Source: Myxococcota bacterium
Lineage (GTDB): Bacteria; Myxococcota_A; UBA796; CAJQPC01
Assembly (NCBI GenBank): GCA_036012755.1
Contig: DASCPX010000027.1
Location: forward strand, 256,001-320,000
Length of the DNA stretch: 64,000 nt
Direction of reading: 5' to 3'
In this document: positions 9,156 through 19,016 of the stretch, in pieces
Numbering within the stretch: position 1 is the stretch's first letter
Layout of the letters: each line of letters opens with the position of its first letter
Made by a program: the position numbers and the translations under genes
Notes under the pieces: generated by a model
Databases searched by the model: none
What the model was told of the DNA's origin: nothing
The model's input: only the letters and a program-made list of their open reading frames with translations

Positions 9156-9920
9156 ATGACGCCCTTCGACGAGCTCCGAGCCATCGTCGAGCGCCTCCGG
9201 GCTCCAGAGGGCTGTCCGTGGGACCGGGCGCAGACCCCCCGTAGCCTTCGACCCTACCTGGTCGAGGAGACCTACGAGGTCATCGACGCCATCGAGTCGG
9301 GTGACCCCGAAGAGCTGAGGAAGGAGCTGGGTGATCTGCTCTTCCAGGTGATGCTGCTGTCCGAGATGGCTCACCAGGCCGGCCACTTCTCGATCGACGA
9401 GGTCGCCGCTGGCATCGCCGAGAAGATGGTCCGCCGCCACCCCCACGTCTTCGAGGAGGGCCACGAAGAGGACGACGCTGGCACCGTCGCGGCGTGGGAG
9501 GCCCGGAAGGCCCGCGAGCGCGGCGCCGGGGGATCGGTGCTCGACGGGGTCCCGACGGCCCTCCCCGCCCTGATCCGCGCCCACCGGGTCGGTGAGAAGG
9601 TCAGCCGCGTGGGCTTCGACTGGTCCTCTGCAGGTGGCGCCCGGGACAAGGTCACCGAGGAGCTCGCAGAGCTCGACGAGGCCATGTCTACGGGTGACGC
9701 CGAGCGGATCCGTGCCGAGTATGGAGACGTGTTGCTCGCGATGGCCAGCCTCGGACGCCTGCTCGACATCGGCCCCGAAGAGGCCCTGCGCGAAGCCAAC
9801 GCTCGCTTCGAGCAGCGCTTTCGCGGCGTCGAGGGCCGGGTCCACGGCAGCGGTCGGCTCATGGCGGAGCTCAGCCCGGAGGAGCTCGAGGAGCACTGGG
9901 AGCAGGTCAAGAGATGCTGA
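9156..9920 (+). CDS. mazG: Nucleoside triphosphate pyrophosphohydrolase MazG
   Basis: LRAPEGCPWDRAQT, EETYEV, ELGDLLFQV, KMVRRHPHVF, GFDW, second E..D repeat; ATG at 9156. Confidence 0.95.
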   Translation: MTPFDELRAIVERLRAPEGCPWDRAQTPRSLRPYLVEETYEVIDAIESGDPEELRKELGDLLFQVMLLSEMAHQAGHFSIDEVAAGIAEKMVRRHPHVFEEGHEEDDAGTVAAWEARKARERGAGGSVLDGVPTALPALIRAHRVGEKVSRVGFDWSSAGGARDKVTEELAELDEAMSTGDAERIRAEYGDVLLAMASLGRLLDIGPEEALREANARFEQRFRGVEGRVHGSGRLMAELSPEELEEHWEQVKRC

Positions 9921-10369
9921 AGCTGTTCCTCCTGTTCACCGTCACCACCTCGGTCGAGTTGTTCCTGCTCATCAAGATCGGCGAGCACATCGGGGCCCTC
10001 GCCACGGTCGGCATCATCCTCACGACCGGCGCCATCGGGTCGTGGCTGGCGAAGCGAGAGGGACTGGGCGTGCTCAAGAAGCTGGAGACGGAGAGCCGCG
10101 CCGGCTTCCCGAGCGGCAACCGCATCGTCGAGGGGCTGCTCATCCTGGTGGGCTGCGTGCTCCTCGTCACCCCCGGCGTGCTCACCGACGCCTTCGGCTT
10201 TGCGCTCTTGATCCCCTTCACCCGCGAGCGCATGGCACCACACGTGAAGCGCTACCTGCTGAAGAAGTTCGGCATGACGGCAGTCACCGGCGACGCAGCG
10301 AGAGTGGTCCCACCTCAGTCTCCGCCGGCTCCGTCGACGCCCACGCCCTTCGACCACCCGGAGGGCTGA
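9914..10369 (+). CDS. fxsA: FxsA family membrane protein
   Basis: VELFLLIKIG, TGAIG..LAKREG, LLVTPGVLTD.FG..LLIP.TR. Confidence 0.9.
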   Translation: MLKLFLLFTVTTSVELFLLIKIGEHIGALATVGIILTTGAIGSWLAKREGLGVLKKLETESRAGFPSGNRIVEGLLILVGCVLLVTPGVLTDAFGFALLIPFTRERMAPHVKRYLLKKFGMTAVTGDAARVVPPQSPPAPSTPTPFDHPEG

Positions 10370-10372
10370 GGT

Positions 10373-10855
10373 CTACTCCTCCCCTTCCATCTGGAAGGCG
10401 AAGTAGCCGGCGTGCGCGTTGTCCGGATCGAGCCGCGCGGCCTCGTCGAAGTGCTGCTTGTACTCGGCGACCAGCCCCTTGAAGACCCCCGGGTCGCCGA
10501 AGAGGACCTCGTCGCAGTCGGCGCGCCGGCGAAGGACCTCGGCCAGCTGGCCGTGAGCGACGCTGAGCATCTGCTCCTCGCTGATGTCGTCGACCCACTG
10601 CCCGCCGGCCAGGAACACAACCAGGGCCTCTCGGGTCTGGTGCTCCGCCTCTTCGAGGTGCCCCATCTCCAGCCGGATCCGCCCCAGCTCGAGCCGGGGC
10701 TCCGCAAGGCGAGGTTCGCCCCTGAGCACCCCCTCGAGGAGCTTCACGGCGCTGTCCGCGTCGCCGCGACGGTTGTACTCCAGCGCCGCGAGGAACTGCT
10801 CCTGCAGGGCCTGGAGCTGCTGCTCGTCTTCCCGGGTCGTGTCGTCCATCCCCAC
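10373..10855 (-). CDS. TPR-containing protein
   Basis: Helical TPR-like pattern (GDADSAVKLL...EP.LAEPRLELGRI; AARLDPDN). Confidence 0.7.
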   Translation of the reverse strand: MGMDDTTREDEQQLQALQEQFLAALEYNRRGDADSAVKLLEGVLRGEPRLAEPRLELGRIRLEMGHLEEAEHQTREALVVFLAGGQWVDDISEEQMLSVAHGQLAEVLRRRADCDEVLFGDPGVFKGLVAEYKQHFDEAARLDPDNAHAGYFAFQMEGEE

Positions 10856-10858
10856 GTC

Positions 10859-11455
10859 CTAGTCCTCGAACTCACCCTCGTCCAGGTGTCGCCTGATGGC
10901 GGCCTCGTTGTTCCTGCACACAGCAGCGCGGATCGGATCTCCACGACGCTCGTGCAGGTCCGCCATCGAGCCATGGAGCTCGGGGTCCAGCGGGAGCAGG
11001 CCCAGGGCGGTCTCGAGGCACTCCCGAGCCTCGTCCAGGTCGTCGTGGATGAGCGCGATCATGCCGCGGTGGTACCAGGCCAGCGCGAACCACGGCTCCC
11101 GCGCGGCGACCTCCGAGAAGCGCACCCGAGCACCATCGAGGTCCTCGCGTTCCACCATCTCCAGCGCCTCACCGAAGAGCGCGCGGAGCTCCTCGAAGCG
11201 CGCCGAGGACCAGATCTCATCCTGGAAGGCGGAGATGTCGAACCAGAAGGGACGAGCTCGCTCGCAGCGGACACAGGTGGTGTCCTGCCGCTCGAAATGC
11301 GGCGGCACGAGGGCGTGTCCGAGGGTCTCGAAGCTCCCACCACAGGGACAGCGCTGGGAGTGGATGTACACCAGCTCCTGGGGCCACGAGGTCACCGGAA
11401 CAGGATCGCGCCGCGTCAGCCCGCGCTCCATCATCAGTGGGAAGCTCAGCTCCAT
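10859..11455 (-). CDS. Zn-ribbon (CxC...CxxC) plus TPR protein
   Basis: RCPCGG...TCVRC, then TPRs (ALAWYHRG, A..CLETAL.LLPLD). Confidence 0.7.
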   Translation of the reverse strand: MELSFPLMMERGLTRRDPVPVTSWPQELVYIHSQRCPCGGSFETLGHALVPPHFERQDTTCVRCERARPFWFDISAFQDEIWSSARFEELRALFGEALEMVEREDLDGARVRFSEVAAREPWFALAWYHRGMIALIHDDLDEARECLETALGLLPLDPELHGSMADLHERRGDPIRAAVCRNNEAAIRRHLDEGEFED

Positions 11456-12132
11456 CGGGGCAGTCCTACCCGGACTCGCGTGCCCGGGCTCGCGTCCAGG
11501 AGCTCCAAGGTGCCCCCGCAGCGCTCGACGAGCTCCCTGGAGATGGCCAGCCCGAGTCCGGTGCCTCGCCCCGGAGCCTTGGTCGTGAAGAAGGGCTCGA
11601 AGACGCGCTCGCGGATGGCGGGGTCGATGCCCGGGCCCCGGTCCCGGACCTCGAGGAAGACCCTGTCGCCGACGAATTCGTTCAGCAGGGAGACCGTGGC
11701 GTCAGCTGGCGAAGCGTCGATGGCGTTGTTCACGAGGTTGACGACGACCTGCATCATCGCGACGTGGTCGCCGCGAGCCGCAGGGGCCCGATGATCCCGC
11801 TGAACGTCCAGGGTGACGCCCCTTCGCTTGCCTCGATGACGGAGGAGCTCCGCCGCCTGGTCGAGCACGGCGCCGCTGTCCACGGGCCCTGGTTCGCCGT
11901 TGGTGTGCCTCGCGTAGGTCGTGATGCCCTCGACCAGGGTGCCGAGGTAGTCGACCTGGCGCAGGAGCTCACCGCTGAGCTCGCTGTGCTCCCCGTCGAG
12001 CCTGGCGCTCAGGATCTGGCTGAGGGAGCGGATGGCGAACAGCGGCTGGCGCAGCTCGTGCGAGAGCGTCGCGGTCATCAACCCGAGCTCGGCGAGACGC
12101 GCTTTGTCCGAGAGGGACTTGTCTTCGCTCAC
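11446..12132 (-). CDS. Sensor-less histidine kinase core (HisKA + HATPase)
   Basis: GTG 12132 overlaps the upstream stop (GTGA); SHELRQPL, VNLVNNA, DRGPGI, FEPFFTTK, GTGLGL. Confidence 0.9.
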   Translation of the reverse strand: MSEDKSLSDKARLAELGLMTATLSHELRQPLFAIRSLSQILSARLDGEHSELSGELLRQVDYLGTLVEGITTYARHTNGEPGPVDSGAVLDQAAELLRHRGKRRGVTLDVQRDHRAPAARGDHVAMMQVVVNLVNNAIDASPADATVSLLNEFVGDRVFLEVRDRGPGIDPAIRERVFEPFFTTKAPGRGTGLGLAISRELVERCGGTLELLDASPGTRVRVGLPRWS

Positions 12133-15100
12133 TCCACCGCCACGTAGTGCTCGACGACCCGCACGGTGCTCTCGCAGGGCACAGACAGGTTGTCCTGGGT
12201 ATCGACCGACGAGATGTCGACCCTGAAGCTCCCGGCGACGACGACGATGCCGTCGCTGCCCCGGGCGTCCCAGCTGACGGTGTCGGTGCTCCCACCGGGC
12301 ACGACGCGCTGGGTCCGGATCTTCGTGTCGTCGTTGTCGTAGACCTCGAGGAGCCACCACTCGGGCGTCGCGCTGGCGCTGACGGCGACGTCGAAGTCGT
12401 CGGCCTCGGCGCCGCTGCCACCGCTACCGTCTGGAGTGACCTTCTTGGTGGCCCCGTCACAGCTGTCCACTGTCACCGCGTCATCGACCACGTCTCCGAA
12501 CACCGCGCTGAAGCTGGCGTTGCTGCCGTCGTAGTCCCCGTCGAGCTTGTTGCCGGAGCCGTCCCGTATGTCGGCGGAGAGCTCGAGGGCGAAGCTCCCG
12601 GAGGAGGCGTCCTGCTGACTGTCGAACTCGACGCTCAGCTCGTCGTCGTCGAGGCTGGTCGACAGGTCGATCTCACCTGATGGGCCTGTGACCGTGACCA
12701 GCGAGTCGTAGTCGACGCTCCCGAGGAGGCTCTCGGTGAACTCGACGGTGAGTCCGTCGAGCAGCTCCTCGGTGCTCCCGCTGGGATCGACCCACGCGAC
12801 CTGTGGCCGGGCGCTCTCACCGCTGACGGAGATCGTCGCGGATCCATGAGCCGCGCCGCTGAGGACGCCGGCGTGGATGCTGGCGGTCCCGTCGTGCTTC
12901 GTCTGCTGGGCCGACCACGTGAAGGTGCCGGTTGTGCCCGACAGGGTGACGGTGAGGCCGTCGCTGGCAGTGGCGACGCCAGAGCTGAGCTCGCCCAGGT
13001 CCGTGCGAACGTAGACCTCGGTCACCGTCGGAACGTCGCCGGCGCAGTCCTCTGCCGTGAGGGTGATCGTCGCGTCGGCGGTGGTGGCCGAGCCGCCTGC
13101 GGTTCGCGAGGAGTCGCTGGAGCTGACGGTCACCGGCCCGGCCGCCTCTCCCTTGTCGTTCGCCCAGAACACCGCGGTCGCCCTGTCTCCGCAGGCGTCG
13201 GCGTCGGCCACGACGAGCTCCGTCAGCCACGCGCCGGGATCGCTCACCATGAGCGAGCCGGTCGTCCCCGTCCCCCGGGTGTAGGTGCCGTCGCCGTCAT
13301 GGAAGTGGTAGGCCGCGATGGACGCCGCCCCGGCGGTGGAGCCGCTGAAGTCCGCAGAGGCCGTCGCCAACCCGCTGAGGATGCAGGACACGGTGGAGCT
13401 CCCGCCATCGAGGAGGAGGTCGGCTCCAGGTCCGTCGCCGCAGTCGTCGTCGAGCACGTCGAGGCCCTGCGAGCTCCCCGTGTGTTCGCTGCCGGTGGCG
13501 ATGACGCGGTCCTGGAGACCCGCGCTGTCCCAGGTCAGGGTGGTTGTGGCTTCGCCCTCGTCGAAGTCGTCGACGCCGACCGCGATGAAGAGGCTGCTGC
13601 TCGAGGTCAGCGTCACGAGCTCCCCGAACTCCGGCACGGTGTTGCCGTACTCGTCCACACCCCGAACCGTCGCACCAGTGACCTCCCCGGTCCAGACCCA
13701 GGGCTGATCGAGCTCCACGGCGAGGGAGCTCAGCTCCGCAGGGTCGACCACGATCTCGACCGAGCCGAGGTCCGCGCCCCCCTGGGACGCCGAGATGGTC
13801 ACGGGGTCCTTGGCGATGGTGAGCGAGAAGCCGGAGCCGCTGTAGAGCCCCGCCGCATCCAGCGTCACGGTCACTGGAGAGAGCGTCCCGGTGTCGTCGG
13901 TGAGCTCGACGCTCGGGTCACCGGTCGTGTAGGCGTTGCCGTAGCTGTCGGTGCCCACGGCGCTCAACGTGAAGCCCTCGCCAGCCGTCGTGCTGCTGGG
14001 CACGGTCATCTCGACGTTCCCCAGCGGGCCGTTGACGACTACGAGCGGCGGAGAGGCCGCGGACAGCCCTGCAGTGGCGATGTCCGCGCTCAGCACCATG
14101 GGGTCGGCGGCCGTCGTGCTCCTGCAGTCGAAGACGTGGACGCCCTCGTCCATGGCGCTGAACCCGCAGGACAGGGTGGCGTAGCCATCGTCGAACTCGA
14201 CGGGGTCCGCACCCTCGACGTCGAGCTCGACGAGGTTCTGGTAGTGGTCGAAGGCCGACATCGAGAGCTCGAAGTCCTCGCCGGCGGCGACCTCGGACTC
14301 CGCGAGGTCCAGCAACAACGACTCGGGCGCGGCTGGCACCACCGTGATCGTCGAGTCACTCCAGCCCGAGAGACCCTCGCTGTCGATGACCTCGACGAGG
14401 ACCTCGCTGTCGGCCTTCTCCAGTCCGACAGCGCAGTAGCGTTCGCCCTGGTTCCAGTCGATGAGGCAGGTCATGGACCCGATGCCCTGCTCCGTGTCGA
14501 GCCCGCCGAGATCGTCCCGGAAGTCGATGTCACGGGAGTAGTCCTCGACGGTGTTCAGGTAGGCGTCCTTCGCGACGAGGCGCAGGATGAGCTCCTCTTC
14601 GCCGGCGACGACCTCCTCTGGCGAGCCGTCGGGCGGGCTGAGCTGCAGGACCGCCACCTCCCCCGCCACGACCTCGAACGCGCCGCTCTCTCCCGTCGCC
14701 GTGCCGCTCACCTCGAGCTGGGTGGAGTTGCACCCGTCGACCGTCGCTCGGAGGAAGGTGATCTCCCGCTGCGCGCTCCCGACGAAGTCGATCTCCTCCG
14801 GCAGGACCGCGCCGCCGCACGCGTCTCCCAGGCTCAGCCGCGCGCTCTTGTCGAGCAGCGGGTTCCCGAACTCGTCACGCAGGGTGAAGCCGACAGGGAA
14901 GCTGGTCCCTGCCTCGTAGAGATGGCTGTCGTCGATGAGGTCGATCTGGACCCGGTCGAGATCACCGGCGGTGACCGGCACGAAGACCTCGTCGCCGTCC
15001 ACCGGTGACGACAGTGAAGTGGGGTTGACCCCGAGCCAGACATTGGCCGGCGCAGAGGAAGACAGCGCCACCCAGCCGTCCCCGGCCTTCAGGGTCCCGG

Positions 15101-15710
15101 TGAGCTCCGTCGCGCTGCCGGAGACGTCGCCCAGACCCGTGCCGCTGAGATCGAGTTCGGCGTCCTCGTCGTCGTCGACCCAGGCAGCGACGGTGACGAG
15201 GAAGTCCTCTGGGACCCGCTCGCCGAGGGGGTCCAGGAGGTGGATGCGCACGACGACCTGTTCGTCCACCTGGTAGGGCCGCGCGTCGAAGTCCAGCTCG
15301 AGGTGATCCGCGCGGTTGTCCGTGATGTTGAACCCGGCGGGGAGGCGACCCTCTTCGCCATCCGGCGAGACGACCACGAGATCGTAGATGCCCACCTCGA
15401 GCCCCTCGGGCACCCTGGCGCTGATGAGCCCCCAGTCCTCGAGCTGCACCGCTTCCAGCTCAGCCCTGGCGCCGTCGCGCTCGAGCTCGACCACGAAGCC
15501 CTCGTCGATGCGTGAGCTGCTGGCGTCGACGACGGGCGTCGGGAAGAAGCGCTCTCCGACGATCTGGATGTCGGTGGCCTCCCCGGTCCAGGCCCAGTCC
15601 GGCTCGACCGCCTCGACGACCGGCTCAGCCTCCTGGAGCGTACACCCCCCCAACAACGCTCCGAGCAGAGCGAGGGCTTGGACCCGGTCCTGGCGGGGCG
15701 AAGGGCTCAC
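12129..15710 (-). CDS. Large (about 1190 aa) acidic Ig-like-repeat surface lipoprotein
   Basis: LLGGC lipobox; recurring D.YGN/D.FGN Ig-fold motifs; IPT-like N-terminus, FlgD-like C-terminus (VSWDARGSDG..V.AG.F.V). Confidence 0.8.
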   Translation of the reverse strand: MSPSPRQDRVQALALLGALLGGCTLQEAEPVVEAVEPDWAWTGEATDIQIVGERFFPTPVVDASSSRIDEGFVVELERDGARAELEAVQLEDWGLISARVPEGLEVGIYDLVVVSPDGEEGRLPAGFNITDNRADHLELDFDARPYQVDEQVVVRIHLLDPLGERVPEDFLVTVAAWVDDDEDAELDLSGTGLGDVSGSATELTGTLKAGDGWVALSSSAPANVWLGVNPTSLSSPVDGDEVFVPVTAGDLDRVQIDLIDDSHLYEAGTSFPVGFTLRDEFGNPLLDKSARLSLGDACGGAVLPEEIDFVGSAQREITFLRATVDGCNSTQLEVSGTATGESGAFEVVAGEVAVLQLSPPDGSPEEVVAGEEELILRLVAKDAYLNTVEDYSRDIDFRDDLGGLDTEQGIGSMTCLIDWNQGERYCAVGLEKADSEVLVEVIDSEGLSGWSDSTITVVPAAPESLLLDLAESEVAAGEDFELSMSAFDHYQNLVELDVEGADPVEFDDGYATLSCGFSAMDEGVHVFDCRSTTAADPMVLSADIATAGLSAASPPLVVVNGPLGNVEMTVPSSTTAGEGFTLSAVGTDSYGNAYTTGDPSVELTDDTGTLSPVTVTLDAAGLYSGSGFSLTIAKDPVTISASQGGADLGSVEIVVDPAELSSLAVELDQPWVWTGEVTGATVRGVDEYGNTVPEFGELVTLTSSSSLFIAVGVDDFDEGEATTTLTWDSAGLQDRVIATGSEHTGSSQGLDVLDDDCGDGPGADLLLDGGSSTVSCILSGLATASADFSGSTAGAASIAAYHFHDGDGTYTRGTGTTGSLMVSDPGAWLTELVVADADACGDRATAVFWANDKGEAAGPVTVSSSDSSRTAGGSATTADATITLTAEDCAGDVPTVTEVYVRTDLGELSSGVATASDGLTVTLSGTTGTFTWSAQQTKHDGTASIHAGVLSGAAHGSATISVSGESARPQVAWVDPSGSTEELLDGLTVEFTESLLGSVDYDSLVTVTGPSGEIDLSTSLDDDELSVEFDSQQDASSGSFALELSADIRDGSGNKLDGDYDGSNASFSAVFGDVVDDAVTVDSCDGATKKVTPDGSGGSGAEADDFDVAVSASATPEWWLLEVYDNDDTKIRTQRVVPGGSTDTVSWDARGSDGIVVVAGSFRVDISSVDTQDNLSVPCESTVRVVEHYVAVE

Positions 15711-15728
15711 TGAGGACGGTCTTCTCCA

Positions 15729-18158
15729 TCAATAGACTACCCGAATGCCGGCGATCGCGACCAGCCCTCCGATCTGCCCATCGTACTCGGCCGCGGAGCT
15801 CGACACGCCGAGCCACCGGAGCTCAGCGTAGAGCTCACCCGGACGCAGCCGATAGCCACCGCCGCCATAGACGGTGGGCCCCGGTCGGTGGAGGCTCAGC
15901 TCGGTCCCTCCGGGCTCGCCGCCGAAGGTGCGCTCGATCCGGTAGGGCGTGACGACCAGACCCGCCCCGGTCCACGCCCCCCAGAGCCCCATGGACCAGC
16001 GCCGATGGGCAGACAGCGACACCGGCAGGAGGTCCATCTTGAGCTCGATGTCGCCGCCCACGTCCGGAATCGCGGCGACGTCCCGGTACCACCCGACCGC
16101 CAGGCGCATGTTCACGTGAGTCCGCAGGGGCAGACGCTGTTCCAGGTCGAGGCCGATGTAGGGAGCCGCGATGGCCCCGAGGTTCGCGATGGTCCCTGCG
16201 TGCAGCGCCGGAGCACGGGCCACCGGCTCCGGCTGGAGCTTGAGCCCGATGCGGGCGTCGAAGGAGCCGTCGGGCGCGGTCACGGCGATCTCGACCTCCC
16301 CCGCCGACAGCCCGGGTGGGGGTGCATAGACCACCTTCAGCGAGCCGTCCGCCTGGGCCCGAGGCTGCGTGACGATGCCCTCGCTGACGACGATGTCGAC
16401 GTGCTCGTCGACGACCGGCCGACCCGAGGCATCGAGCAGCACGATCGTGAGCGTAGCGGTGTCGCCGGTGCCCGTGAGCAGCACGGGACGGTCGGTCGAG
16501 AGCGTCACCCGCCGGACCCGCCCGGTGCGAATGCTGACCGGAGCCACCGCGATGAGGTCCGGCCGGGTCATGCTCAGCGGCACCCCCGATGACCAGGGCA
16601 CTACCAGCTGGCGCCGCTGCAGCCCCGGCGCCTCTACGACGAGCGCGAGGGGCACCCCTCGGGCCTCGAAGTCCGCCGTCGCGAAGCCCCGGTCGTCGGT
16701 GCTGACCAGCGCGGTGTCCTCTCCCAGGGCCAGGAGCAGCGGGACCTCCGCCAGCGGACGACCGAGGGTGTCCAGCGCGCGGGCCTGGACCTCCAGCGAC
16801 TCGCCCGAGCGGTGGCCGATGAGCAGCGTCGCCGCTCGCCCCGTCCCTGGCTCGTGGTTCCAACCGGCGAGCACTGCGTCCTCTGGCTCCTCGAGATCGC
16901 CTTGGAACTCGGCGCGCACGGAGAGCTCCTCGCGCTCGGTGTTCGTGATCTCCCCGTGGCGGGCGCTCAGGCCCAGCCCTCGAGGCTCCAACCGGTCCCC
17001 GCTGGCGTCCTCGAGCCAGGCCTGCACCTGCGACACGGGGAAGTCCGTGGTCAGCTCCTGGGGCCACGTCCGCAGCACGATCCGAGCTGGCATGCCCTCC
17101 TGGACCGCGACCCGAGTGCTGACCGTCGCGAGGTCGGACAGGCCGCAGTCCACCCTGAGGTCGAGCAGGATGTCCTCCTCGATCGGCGGCAGGGTGGCGA
17201 GCCAGAGTCCGGACCCGATCTCCGCGATCGAGAGCTCCCGACCACCGCTGGCGTGGCAGGTCGGATCCCCGGCAGAGAACGCGTGGCCGGTGGGAGTGAC
17301 TGCCTTCAGGTGGATGGGCGGGAGCGGAGCCCCGGGCACGATGCTGCCCTCGACCAGTGCCGCGAGCGTCGGCGCCGGCTGCCTGGCGAGCGTGATGGTG
17401 CTCTTCTGCAGGTTGCCCAGCGGGTCCTTCACCGTTGCGCTCGCCGTGGTCTCACCGGGGCGGATGTCGACGGTGACGCTGACGCGCCCGTCTGCGCCCG
17501 CCGTCGCGGGGCCGTAGACCCGCCCCCCGACCTCCAGCTTCAGGGTCGCGCCGGGCTCTGTCGTCACGGACACCGGCACGCGCGCCCCGAGGCGCACGAC
17601 CGTCCACTCCGGCGGCGCTCCGGGGCGCCGACTGTCTCGAACGCCGACAGGCACCACGCGCGGGTCCGAGAGCGCCGCGGGCTGCCAGCGGATCTCCAGG
17701 GCGTCCCCTTTTCGCTCGACGCCGAGAACCTCGCCCTCCGGTGCGGCGACGCGGACGTCCTGAGGTTCGGGCAGGTCGTCGGAGTGCAGGCGAATATGGA
17801 CCTCCTCACCGGTGAGGGCCTCGAGCCGCCCCGGGCCCGTCAGCCCGCTCTCCGGGCGCTCGCCGACCGGCACCTCCAGGCGCAGGGGCGCCTCGTCGTC
17901 CGCCTGAACGACGACCCGAAAGCGCTCCACATCCGGCGCGCTTCGCACGCGAAGTTCCCAGACACCCGGCAACACAGCGGGCCTCACCGCCAGGACCTCT
18001 CCGTCGGGAGAGTCGACCTCGAGTTCCGCCGGTCGGGCCGGGAGACCGCCATCGTGCAGGACCAGCAGGAGCTCCGCCGGGACGTCGGCGACCGGGTCAC
18101 CACGCTCGGCGACCAGGAGGCCCTCCGTGGCCAGCGCGAGGCCGGACAACAGCAGCAC
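15729..18158 (-). CDS. Ig-like (invasin/Big-type) domain protein with a C-terminal outer-membrane beta-barrel
   Basis: Short signal MLLLSGLALA; repeated D..G.P Ig motifs; last about 160 aa alternate hydrophobic residues and end GIRVVY (aromatic C-terminus). Confidence 0.7.
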   Translation of the reverse strand: MLLLSGLALATEGLLVAERGDPVADVPAELLLVLHDGGLPARPAELEVDSPDGEVLAVRPAVLPGVWELRVRSAPDVERFRVVVQADDEAPLRLEVPVGERPESGLTGPGRLEALTGEEVHIRLHSDDLPEPQDVRVAAPEGEVLGVERKGDALEIRWQPAALSDPRVVPVGVRDSRRPGAPPEWTVVRLGARVPVSVTTEPGATLKLEVGGRVYGPATAGADGRVSVTVDIRPGETTASATVKDPLGNLQKSTITLARQPAPTLAALVEGSIVPGAPLPPIHLKAVTPTGHAFSAGDPTCHASGGRELSIAEIGSGLWLATLPPIEEDILLDLRVDCGLSDLATVSTRVAVQEGMPARIVLRTWPQELTTDFPVSQVQAWLEDASGDRLEPRGLGLSARHGEITNTEREELSVRAEFQGDLEEPEDAVLAGWNHEPGTGRAATLLIGHRSGESLEVQARALDTLGRPLAEVPLLLALGEDTALVSTDDRGFATADFEARGVPLALVVEAPGLQRRQLVVPWSSGVPLSMTRPDLIAVAPVSIRTGRVRRVTLSTDRPVLLTGTGDTATLTIVLLDASGRPVVDEHVDIVVSEGIVTQPRAQADGSLKVVYAPPPGLSAGEVEIAVTAPDGSFDARIGLKLQPEPVARAPALHAGTIANLGAIAAPYIGLDLEQRLPLRTHVNMRLAVGWYRDVAAIPDVGGDIELKMDLLPVSLSAHRRWSMGLWGAWTGAGLVVTPYRIERTFGGEPGGTELSLHRPGPTVYGGGGYRLRPGELYAELRWLGVSSSAAEYDGQIGGLVAIAGIRVVY

Positions 18159-19010
18159 TCAGAGACCTCCGACCTGGAACTCGGCGGTGGGCGGCTTGGT
18201 GTCCCGCAGCAGCTCGTAGGGCGACTCGCGAGTTCGGCCCAGGGGATCGACCGCCAGCACCCTCAGAGCGTTGTCCCCTTCCCTCAGCCGCACCTCCACC
18301 CGCCAGCTTCCGGAGTTGTCGGCGAGGACCTCGACCGTCTCGTACCCGCCTTCGATCCGAACGCGGGCGCCGGGGTCGGTGGTCCCCGCGACCTCGACGG
18401 ACTCCTCCCGCGTAGCCTTCTCCGGCCAGCTGACCTCGAGCAACAACCCCTCGTCGAGGCGGGTAGCAGCGCCGCCGTCGTTTGCGACGATGGCCTCGCC
18501 CGCCCTGAGCGCCTGGACCTCACCGAAACCGGTCAAGCTCAGCTCGCCGTCGTCGAGCTGGACCCAAGTGCTGTCGTCGTCGCGGGCCACCGTGAACGTG
18601 CCCTCGTCCGCGCGCACCTCTCGATCGCCGGTGACGACATCCAGGACAGGACCGCCCCTGCGGACCGTCGCTTCCACGCGCCCATCCTCGAGCTCGACCC
18701 GGACGCCCTCGGAGCCCTCGCCCAGCACGCGCAGCGCCGAGGACTGATCGACGACGAGCTGGCTGTCCTCACCGAAGGAGAGCACGGCGCGGCCGCCCTC
18801 CCCAGCCAGCAAACGGTCGTCGGGTAGGAGGATCCCGCCGACCTCGGCGGCACTCCTGGCGCCCTCGTGCTCATGCCGCACGTCGCCCTCGACCCGCCGG
18901 ATGGTGAGCGGATCGAGCGCTTCATCGCCGAAGAAGAGGCGGTAGCCCAAGAGCCCGAGCGCCAGGACAGCCACCGCCACAACAAGGACGGTCAGGACGT
19001 CACGCACCAC
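18159..19010 (-). CDS. FecR-domain single-pass membrane protein with a C-terminal Ig-like domain
   Basis: N-terminal TM; VEGDV, GGRAVLSFGEDSQLVVDQSSALRV, VELEDGRV, GTFTV, G.L.L FecR pattern. Confidence 0.8.
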   Translation of the reverse strand: MVRDVLTVLVVAVAVLALGLLGYRLFFGDEALDPLTIRRVEGDVRHEHEGARSAAEVGGILLPDDRLLAGEGGRAVLSFGEDSQLVVDQSSALRVLGEGSEGVRVELEDGRVEATVRRGGPVLDVVTGDREVRADEGTFTVARDDDSTWVQLDDGELSLTGFGEVQALRAGEAIVANDGGAATRLDEGLLLEVSWPEKATREESVEVAGTTDPGARVRIEGGYETVEVLADNSGSWRVEVRLREGDNALRVLAVDPLGRTRESPYELLRDTKPPTAEFQVGGL

Positions 19011-19016
19011 TGGATG

